This document shows positions 56,915 to 64,000 of a DNA stretch of 64,000 nt, piece after piece (position 1 is the stretch's first letter; every line of letters starts with the position of its first letter). The notes under the pieces are model-generated. The model searched no databases. It saw nothing but the letters and a program-made list of their open reading frames with translations, and was not told the origin of the DNA. The position numbers and the translations under genes were made by a program. This stretch comes from Clostridia bacterium (GTDB lineage: Bacteria; Bacillota; Clostridia; Christensenellales; UBA1242), in the NCBI GenBank assembly GCA_017478185.1, contig JAFVEA010000001.1, forward strand, positions 19,090-83,089. Direction: 5' to 3'.

Positions 56915-57169
56915 ATGGAAAACAAACAAGATGTTATTTCAAAGTTTCAAAGAAAAGAGGGCGACACTGGTTCACCAGAAGTTCAAATTGCTTTGCTTAC
57001 AAACAGAATTAGACATTTAACAGAACACTTAAAAGTTCACAAAAAAGATAACCACACTCGTCGCGGACTTTTGAAACTTGTTGGAAAAAGAAAAGGTCTT
57101 TTAAGATACTTAGAGAAAACAGATCTTGAAAAATTCCGTTCATTAAAACAAGAATTAGGAATAAGATAA
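56915..57169 (+). CDS. rpsO: 30S ribosomal protein S15
   Basis: ..[51 protein letters not shown].. Confidence 0.95.
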   Translation: MENKQDVISKFQRKEGDTGSPEVQIALLTNRIRHLTEHLKVHKKDNHTRRGLLKLVGKRKGLLRYLEKTDLEKFRSLKQELGIR

Positions 57170-57174
57170 CAACA

Positions 57175-57201
57175 AAAAGAGGATTTAATCCTCTTTTTTA
57201 T
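57175..57201 (+). terminator. Rho-independent terminator of rpsO
   Basis: AGAGGAT-TTA-ATCCTCT stem followed by a T-run. Confidence 0.8.
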
Positions 57202-57223
57202 TTTTAAAAATTAAGTTTATTAT

Positions 57224-57991
57224 ATGTTATCATATAAAAATCTTATAAGTCATATTATATTTTATATGAAAAACAAAAAATCCAAAATTTTAATCACGCT
57301 TTTCACAAATGTTATAATACTTTCAATGTTGGCATTTTTGGGTGTTGTTGCCTTTGCTGACAAAACAAAAAGTGTTTTTAATGTGGAAAACAAAAATGTA
57401 TATTATCACGGCAACACAAACAGCAATAATGTTTCACTTATGATAAATGTTTATTGGGGTAGTGAATATATTGAAGATATGTTAAAAACTTTAGATGAAC
57501 ACAGCATAAAAGCCACCTTTTTTGTTGGAGGGTTGTGGGTTAGCAAAGAGCCAGAACTTTTGTTAAAAATTTTTGAATCTGGCCATGAAATTGCAAATCA
57601 CGGGTTTTATCACAAATCACAAGATAAATTAAGCTATGAGCAAAATAAGAATGAAATATTAAACAATCATAAACTGGTTAAAAGCTATTTAAACATTGAT
57701 ATGAATTTGTTTGCCCCACCATCTGGGGCGTATGGAAATCAAACCATAAAAGCGGCAAATGATTTAAACTATAAAGTGATTATGTGGACAAAAGACACAA
57801 TAGATTGGAGAGATAAAGACAAAAATTTAATCATAAAGCGGGCAAGCACAAAAAATAAGAGTGGGGATTTAATTCTTATGCATCCAACAAAACAAACCTC
57901 AGAAGCCCTTTCAACAATAATCGATAATATATTAAGCCAAAATCTAAAAATAGTTACAGTTTCTCAAAATATTTGTGATTATATTGTTTGA
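57224..57991 (+). CDS. Polysaccharide deacetylase family sporulation protein (YlxY/PdaB-like)
   Basis: ..MINVYWGSEYIEDMLKTLDEHSIKATFFVGGLWVSKEPELL..GHEIANHGFYH.. The start is uncertain (ATG 57224 or 57266), and neither has a clear SD. Confidence 0.75.
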   Translation: MLSYKNLISHIIFYMKNKKSKILITLFTNVIILSMLAFLGVVAFADKTKSVFNVENKNVYYHGNTNSNNVSLMINVYWGSEYIEDMLKTLDEHSIKATFFVGGLWVSKEPELLLKIFESGHEIANHGFYHKSQDKLSYEQNKNEILNNHKLVKSYLNIDMNLFAPPSGAYGNQTIKAANDLNYKVIMWTKDTIDWRDKDKNLIIKRASTKNKSGDLILMHPTKQTSEALSTIIDNILSQNLKIVTVSQNICDYIV

Positions 57992-58037
57992 TTTTTTTAT
58001 TATATATTGTTATAATATATAATAAATGAGGTGAAAA

Positions 58038-59303
58038 ATGCAAAAAATTAAAACATATCCTTGTGGAGTTAGGCTTTGTTGTGACTATTTAAGTGACAGA
58101 AAAGTTGCTAATATTTCATTTTTTGTGGCTTCTGGTTCAGGTTTTGATTTACCCAATAAAGAGGGAATTGCGCACTTTTATGAACATATGTTTTTTAAAA
58201 GCACAAAAAACAGAACTGCCAAACAAATTTTAGAAGAAATGGACAGCTTGGGTGGGTTAAACAATGCCTACACCTCTCAAGATAGAACCTGCTATTATGG
58301 CAAAGTGACAATTGAAAATGCTGAAAAAATGTTTGATATATTAAGCGATTGTTTTTTTAATGGATTGTTTTTAGAAGAAGAACTAAAAACTGAAAAAGGC
58401 GTGGTTTGCAGCGAGATAGACAAATATGAAGATGATTTTATGGATTGTTGTGCCAATAATTTAAATAATGAGTTTTTTAAAGGCACAAATTTTGCTCATC
58501 CAATTTTGGGGACAAAACAATCGGTTATGTCTATAACAGCAGATGACTTAAGGGAATATCGAGAAAAAAACAACAGCCCAGGGCATTTGATTATATCTGT
58601 TTCTGGCGGAGTTGATTTTGAAGAGGCTGACCATTTTGTTACAAAATATATTTTGCCAAATTATAAAACAACAGAAAAACCAGTTGTTTATAAAGACTCG
58701 CCTTGCTTCAAACCAAAATTTGAAAAGAATTTGGTTAAACTTAAAAAGGAAACAAATCAAGTATATTTTTTAACGTCAACGCCAACAATTCGTTGTGAGC
58801 GTGAAGATTATTTAAAACTATATATTGGCTCAATAATGTTTGGTGGAACAATGAGTTCAAGACTTTTTCAAAGGATGCGGGAAAAAGAGGGGATTGTTTA
58901 TGTTGTTCAGTCATCAGTTGAAACGCAAGCTTTGTGTGGGAATTTTAGCTGTTATTTAATAACAGAAAAGAGCACAGCAGAAAGAGCAATTCTAGCCTAC
59001 AAAGATGAGGTTTTAAAAGTTATAAAAGATGGATTTAATGAAAATGAATTTAACAACACCAAACAATTGTTAAGAACAAATTTATTAATTTCAGATGATA
59101 ACCTTGATTTAAAAGCGAGAAGAAATGCGGGAAATTTGCTAAATGAAGGGGAGGTTTATGACCTTCAAGAAAATCTTGATAAAATTTCTAAAATCTCATT
59201 AAAAGATGTTAACGATTGCTTCAAAAAAATGTTACAACAAGAATTTATTGTTTCTATTGTTGAAAAAGATAACAACATTGATTATTTAAAATTGTTAAAA
59301 TAG
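58038..59303 (+). CDS. M16 family zinc peptidase (insulinase-like; MlpA/YmxG position)
   Basis: HFYEHMFF inverted zincin HxxEH motif and a GAGGTG SD. Confidence 0.85.
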   Translation: MQKIKTYPCGVRLCCDYLSDRKVANISFFVASGSGFDLPNKEGIAHFYEHMFFKSTKNRTAKQILEEMDSLGGLNNAYTSQDRTCYYGKVTIENAEKMFDILSDCFFNGLFLEEELKTEKGVVCSEIDKYEDDFMDCCANNLNNEFFKGTNFAHPILGTKQSVMSITADDLREYREKNNSPGHLIISVSGGVDFEEADHFVTKYILPNYKTTEKPVVYKDSPCFKPKFEKNLVKLKKETNQVYFLTSTPTIRCEREDYLKLYIGSIMFGGTMSSRLFQRMREKEGIVYVVQSSVETQALCGNFSCYLITEKSTAERAILAYKDEVLKVIKDGFNENEFNNTKQLLRTNLLISDDNLDLKARRNAGNLLNEGEVYDLQENLDKISKISLKDVNDCFKKMLQQEFIVSIVEKDNNIDYLKLLK

Positions 59304-59312
59304 GAGAAAATT

Positions 59313-62165
59313 TTGGCTAAATATTCATCACATAATTTAAACGAAAAAAAGGGAATGACAGCAAGAACAAAATGGGGAATAAGTTTGTTCTCTGTTTCGC
59401 TTTTTTTGTTTATTTTTTCAGTATTTAATATCATAGTTCCAATACATAATTTTGTTTTAGGCACATTTGGTTTGTGTGTTTATCCAATACTTTTGTTTTT
59501 GATGGTTGTTGGAGTGTTTTTGATGCTTAAAAAAAGGTATTATATTGAAAAATTATATTTTAGTGTTGCAATAGCGCTATTTTTTGTTATTGTTTGTTTT
59601 TTCCAACTTGTTTTAACAAACACAAATATGGGTTTTGGCGAATATTTAACAAATTGTTATAATGCAAAAAACACTGTTGGTGGTGTTTTGATGGGAATTA
59701 TAACTTATATTTTGTTTATGGGGCTTGGAATGGTTGGAACAATTTTAATTCTTGCAATTATGATTGTTTTGGGTGTTGCACTTATTGTTAACCACTTCTT
59801 AAAAATAAAAGAATATAGGCAAATCACAAACAGAACTATATCTTTTCCGGTGTTTGATAAAGATGTGAAGAAGGTTGACAAAGTTTTAAAGACAAAAAAA
59901 GAAAAAACTCCAATAGACAGCAAACTTCCAGAAAAAGATGAAAAAATAATAACAAACATAACTCTTGATGGTTATCAAGCCCAAAAACAAGAAAAAAGTG
60001 ATGCAAAAAAAATATTGTTATCAAAAACTTCATATAAAGATGAAGATGATATGGCGGTAAGAATTTTTGGAGAAGATTTTGTTAATTCTATAAAAACAAG
60101 TTCTAAAAAAGATGCTGAAGAAAAGAAAGAATATCACATATCTGATTTATATAAAAATCAAAAAGAAGACAACACTTTTAGTTTTAATGATAAAAATGAA
60201 AACAAACCAAGCAGATTTATTCACACAGATGAAGAAGAGCTTATTTCAGCAAAACTTGATATAAATCCAGAAAAAGAAGAAGAGTTAAACTTTATTAAAG
60301 AAAATTCGTTTGATGACATCTTAGATAAAACTGATGAAGAAGATGATATAAAACAAGAAACAAAATCAAACGATGAAATTATAGAAGAAAGTGATGATGA
60401 TTTTAACAATCCTTTCACGCTAAAACTAGATGATAATTTGAAACAAAATCAAGAAAACAAAGAAGAAGAAGAAACAAAATCTACAAATTTTGAACAAGAT
60501 AATTTTGTTGAAGAAAACAATATTGAAGATGATGAAATAGATTTTTCAAAAATTCAAGAAGAAAAAGTTGAACAGCCAAAGAATGATGAAAAGAATTTTG
60601 TTCAGGAAAATAGCTTTAATTTTGAAAAAGAAATAGAAGAGAAAACTGTGGCTGAACAGCCAAAGCCAAAGAAAATACACAAACCATATGTTAAACCTCC
60701 AATAGAATATTTAACAACAAAATCTTCTGTTCCAGAAAACAATGAGCAAGAATGCCAAGCAAAAGCGCTCATTTTGGAGCAGACACTTGAAAGTTTTAAG
60801 ATTTCAGCCAAAGTTGTTGGCATAACAAGAGGTCCAGCTGTTACAAGATATGAACTTCAAATGCCAATAGGAATTCCGGTTAAGAGAATAACTCAACATA
60901 ATGATGACATCACAATGATGATGGAAAGCAGAGCAAGTGTTAGAATTGAAACACCAATTCCAGGAAGAAGCTTGGTTGGTGTTGAAGTTCCAAATGAAAA
61001 AATTTCAACGATAGGTTTAAAAGATATTATTGAAAGTCCTGCTTTTTCACAAAGCAAAGGCAAACTAACATTTGCTTTAGGAAAAGATATAACTGGTGAT
61101 TGCAAAGTGTGTGAACTAGAGGCAATGCCACACCTTCTTGTTGCTGGTTCAACAGGGAGCGGAAAAAGTGTTTGCTTAAATGTTTTGTTAATATCTCTTT
61201 TATATAAGTTAGGGCCAGATGAATTAAAACTCCTTTTAATAGACCCAAAGAGAGTGGAATTTGTTTCTTATAACTATTTGCCACATATGCTTGTGCCACG
61301 AGCTATAAATGATGCTCAGCAAGCAATAAATGCTCTGGATTGGGCAATAGCAGAGATGATGAGAAGATATCAAGTTTTTAGTGAAAGAAATGTTAGAAAC
61401 TTTAAAGAATATAACAGTTCAGATGATGTTTTGAGTGGTGAAGAAGAAAAGCTTCCTTATATTGTTATTGTTATAGATGAGCTTGCTGATATTATGATGA
61501 TGGCTGGTCGTGATTTGGAAGAAAAAATTCAGCGTTTAACACAGCTCGCTCGTGCTGCAGGAATTCATTTAATAATCGCAACCCAAAGACCATCTGTTGA
61601 TGTTATAACAGGTGTTATTAAGTCTAATATGCCATCAAGAATTGCTTTTGCTGTTACTGATTTTGCATCTTCTAAAACAATACTTGATAAAGGTGGAGCA
61701 GATAAGCTTTTGGGTAAGGGTGATATGCTTTATGCACCTCAAAACTTGCCTGAACCCATAAGAATTCAATGCCCTTATGTTGACAGCAAAGAAGTTACAA
61801 ACATTGTGGAATTTATAAAGGCAAACAACGAAGCTGATTTTGATGACACAATTGCTGCATTTATCTCTAAAAATGATAAGTCTGGGGGCGGGACAGGTGG
61901 CTCTGAAGTGGAGTCATCAGGCGAAAGCCAAAACAAATGGGACCCACTTCTTCCACAGGCACTTTTAGACTTTATTCAAACAGGAAGTTGTTCAGCATCT
62001 ATGATACAAAGAAGGCATAGCATAGGTTTTGTTAGGGCGGGGCGAATTGTCGATCAAATGGAACAAGCTGGATTTATTTCACCGCTTGACCCATCAAAGA
62101 GAACAAGAACTGTTTTGATAACACTTGAAAAATACAATGAAATATTTGGAGAAGATGAACAATAA
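59313..62165 (+). CDS. ftsK: DNA translocase FtsK/SpoIIIE
   Basis: N-terminal TM bundle, long acidic linker, motor domain (GSTGSGKS Walker A, IVIDELAD Walker B), and a gamma winged-helix (ASMIQRRHSIGFVRAGRIVDQME). TTG start follows GGAGAA. Confidence 0.93.
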   Translation: MAKYSSHNLNEKKGMTARTKWGISLFSVSLFLFIFSVFNIIVPIHNFVLGTFGLCVYPILLFLMVVGVFLMLKKRYYIEKLYFSVAIALFFVIVCFFQLVLTNTNMGFGEYLTNCYNAKNTVGGVLMGIITYILFMGLGMVGTILILAIMIVLGVALIVNHFLKIKEYRQITNRTISFPVFDKDVKKVDKVLKTKKEKTPIDSKLPEKDEKIITNITLDGYQAQKQEKSDAKKILLSKTSYKDEDDMAVRIFGEDFVNSIKTSSKKDAEEKKEYHISDLYKNQKEDNTFSFNDKNENKPSRFIHTDEEELISAKLDINPEKEEELNFIKENSFDDILDKTDEEDDIKQETKSNDEIIEESDDDFNNPFTLKLDDNLKQNQENKEEEETKSTNFEQDNFVEENNIEDDEIDFSKIQEEKVEQPKNDEKNFVQENSFNFEKEIEEKTVAEQPKPKKIHKPYVKPPIEYLTTKSSVPENNEQECQAKALILEQTLESFKISAKVVGITRGPAVTRYELQMPIGIPVKRITQHNDDITMMMESRASVRIETPIPGRSLVGVEVPNEKISTIGLKDIIESPAFSQSKGKLTFALGKDITGDCKVCELEAMPHLLVAGSTGSGKSVCLNVLLISLLYKLGPDELKLLLIDPKRVEFVSYNYLPHMLVPRAINDAQQAINALDWAIAEMMRRYQVFSERNVRNFKEYNSSDDVLSGEEEKLPYIVIVIDELADIMMMAGRDLEEKIQRLTQLARAAGIHLIIATQRPSVDVITGVIKSNMPSRIAFAVTDFASSKTILDKGGADKLLGKGDMLYAPQNLPEPIRIQCPYVDSKEVTNIVEFIKANNEADFDDTIAAFISKNDKSGGGTGGSEVESSGESQNKWDPLLPQALLDFIQTGSCSASMIQRRHSIGFVRAGRIVDQMEQAGFISPLDPSKRTRTVLITLEKYNEIFGEDEQ

Positions 62166-62177
62166 AGGAGAAAAATT

Positions 62178-62819
62178 ATGAATTTACCAAACAAACTATC
62201 ATTAGCAAGAATTATATTGGTTCCGTTTATGATGTTCTTTTATTTAGCAACTTTTATTGATCCCTGGGGGAAATTTGTTGCTTTTGTTATTTTTGTTGTT
62301 GCTGCAATAACAGATTTATTTGACGGAAAAATCGCAAGAAAAACTGGACAAGTTACCGATTTAGGAAAGCTTTTAGATCCAATTGCAGACAAACTTTTAT
62401 ATAGCATTGGTTTTGCTTTGATTGTGGCGTATGGGGTTATTCCTTCACCTTATGGAATAATTGCTTTTGCAATACTTTTGTTTAGAGATTTTATGATTGA
62501 CGGTATTAGGCAAATTGCCGGCAGCAAAGGGGTTGTAATCCCTGCGGCAAAATCTGGGAAGTTAAAAGCTCTTCTTCACGACATACACATTCCTATGTTT
62601 ATTGTTCTTGCTGGAACAAAACAATTTTCAGGAGAATTTTGGAATTTATTTAATGAGATTTTATTAATTTTGTCTCTCATTGTTTTGGCATTAGCCACAA
62701 TTGTTACAATTTATTCTGCTTTTGATTATTTTAAAAAAAGCAAAAACTTAATTTTTTCTGATTCTGAAAACAAAGAAAAACAAAATAAAGAAGAAAAGAA
62801 CATAAAAGATGAAAACTAA
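62178..62819 (+). CDS. pgsA: CDP-diacylglycerol--glycerol-3-phosphate 3-phosphatidyltransferase
   Basis: CDP-alcohol phosphatidyltransferase motif DLFDGKIARKTGQVTDLGKLLDPIADK. Confidence 0.92.
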   Translation: MNLPNKLSLARIILVPFMMFFYLATFIDPWGKFVAFVIFVVAAITDLFDGKIARKTGQVTDLGKLLDPIADKLLYSIGFALIVAYGVIPSPYGIIAFAILLFRDFMIDGIRQIAGSKGVVIPAAKSGKLKALLHDIHIPMFIVLAGTKQFSGEFWNLFNEILLILSLIVLALATIVTIYSAFDYFKKSKNLIFSDSENKEKQNKEEKNIKDEN

Positions 62820-63870
62820 TTTAATTGCGTTAAAAACACAAGAAACAGAAATCGATTTTAATTTAAAAATTGAACGATTTTTAACTCATAAGTTTGCAGA
62901 AAATGGAGTTGAAATAACTCAAACAACAACACTTAAAAATTTTGAAGAATTAAATGAAAATATAGCTCATTTATTAACAAATTGCAGTGTTGTTTGTTTT
63001 GATTTAAATTTATCTAACGCAAACATGCTTTTAAACAAAATTGATGAATTTTATTTTGTGGAAAGTCAAAATTTTGAGTATGGAAAATATTGGATAAACG
63101 AAAAAGATAACAAATATTGTTTTTTGTTTGATTTGAGCAGTTTATCATTTTTAGAAAATTTTGATGATAAAATTTTATACAAAACTTTTGTCAAAAACAA
63201 AAACTTAACATTTATAAAAACTTGTGGCCTAGATGAAAGTGAAGTTCAAAAAGCAATGAGGGCTATAAATCGGCCTTTGGGGGTTGATTTTATTGTTGTG
63301 TCTGAATTTTTGGATTGTGAAATAGTGATACTTGCTGACAGTTTAGATAAAGAATTTAATTCTTATATACAAAAAATTTATGAAATTTTAGATAAATATA
63401 TTTATAGTGACACAAAACAAACCTTGGTTGAAAAATTGAGTGAAATAACAACAATTCGAAATGTTAAATTAAGTTTTTGTGATTTTTTAACAGATGGTGT
63501 TTTTGAACAGTTCTTAAAAGAAAGTATGGCTGATTACAGTCAAAAAGTTCTAAGCTTTTATAATGTTTCTAAGAAAGAAGATATAAATAAATTTTTAAAT
63601 TTAAATTCTGATTGTTTAAAACTTGGCAACAATACTGATGAATTTATTTATGAAACTGCGGTTGCAATGCTAAAAAACAACAATAGCGATGTTTGTGTTG
63701 TTATAGCTGGAGATATAAACAAAGCGTGCATTGCAATAGGAGATAATGAGGCAATACATCTTTATAAATATTCATTTAATCATTCAAAGAATTTTGTTGA
63801 TAATGTGCTTTTTAAAACAACAATTTTTAAATTATTAAAAAAATTAAAGAAAAACACTGGACTTTTTTGA
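62809..63870 (+). CDS. Divergent CinA-like protein (motif-degenerate)
   Basis: Occupies the pgsA-cinA-recA synteny position. The N-terminus aligns loosely with the CinA MoCF-type domain (MK..IIA.....L...........L...G..V). The GGLGPT.DD and ESCTGG motifs read FDLNLSNAN and FCDFLTDG. Confidence 0.4.
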   Translation: MKTNLIALKTQETEIDFNLKIERFLTHKFAENGVEITQTTTLKNFEELNENIAHLLTNCSVVCFDLNLSNANMLLNKIDEFYFVESQNFEYGKYWINEKDNKYCFLFDLSSLSFLENFDDKILYKTFVKNKNLTFIKTCGLDESEVQKAMRAINRPLGVDFIVVSEFLDCEIVILADSLDKEFNSYIQKIYEILDKYIYSDTKQTLVEKLSEITTIRNVKLSFCDFLTDGVFEQFLKESMADYSQKVLSFYNVSKKEDINKFLNLNSDCLKLGNNTDEFIYETAVAMLKNNNSDVCVVIAGDINKACIAIGDNEAIHLYKYSFNHSKNFVDNVLFKTTIFKLLKKLKKNTGLF

Positions 63871-63919
63871 TATAGTATGCTAAAATTAGAACAAATGAAC
63901 ATAAAGAGAGGTTTTTATT

Positions 63920-64000
63920 ATGAATGATCAAGACAGAGCAAAAGTATTGGAACAAACAATAGCACAAATAGAAAAACAATTTGGAAAAGGTTCAATAATG
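63920..64000 (+). CDS. recA: Recombinase RecA (N-terminal 27 codons; runs off the window)
   Basis: MNDQDRAKVLEQTIAQIEKQFGKGSIM matches the RecA N-terminus. GAGAGG SD. Confidence 0.9.
   Translation, partial: MNDQDRAKVLEQTIAQIEKQFGKGSIM

Overview
AT-rich chromosomal segment. Hand counts give about 20-35% G+C in typical lines. Gene content points to a low-GC, endospore-lineage Firmicute (Clostridia-like): a pro-sigma-K-type sporulation sigma factor, a YlxY/PdaB-type spore deacetylase, a gene in the YtxC position, and FtsK/SpoIIIE. Most of the window is conserved housekeeping. The recognisable blocks are lepA-hemW; infC-rpmI-rplT behind an L20-type attenuator; ylxM-ffh-rpsP-KH-rimM-trmD-rbgA-rnhB-yraN-rplS; pcrA-ligA-gatCAB; rpoZ-priA-rpe; rpmB and asp23-yloV; ruvCAB; yajC-secDF-recJ; rpsO; and ftsK-pgsA-(cinA-like)-recA. 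RNase P RNA and four tRNAs are also present. I did not recognise a defence system, CRISPR array, prophage, toxin-antitoxin pair or biosynthetic cluster, so I cannot name a complete novel system here. Six things are not explained by routine annotation. (1) A ~380-bp GC-rich island (8504-8884) is built from nested clamp repeats and long-range inverted repeats, and copies of the same repeat family lie at 6-58 and 1875-1910. (2) A 2-kb pocket of decayed sequence (45.2-47.4 kb) lies around a tRNA cluster. It holds a 21-bp duplication of the tRNA-Leu 3' end bracketing a 202-bp insert, an IS200-type tnpA relic that keeps its regulatory hairpins, a start-less gene fragment, and two near-identical outward-facing consensus promoters that each run into a short hairpin RNA. 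(3) A 33-bp perfect tandem repeat lies downstream of rplS. (4) TrmD is fused to a GNAT domain, and a TSUP/TauE transporter is split into two 4-TM genes. (5) There is an unannotated 37-codon ORF with a strong ribosome-binding site. (6) Two large uncharacterised proteins are present: a 4-module CBM-like type I membrane protein and a glycine-zipper plus coiled-coil protein. All calls come from reading the sequence and the ORF translations. No database search was run.
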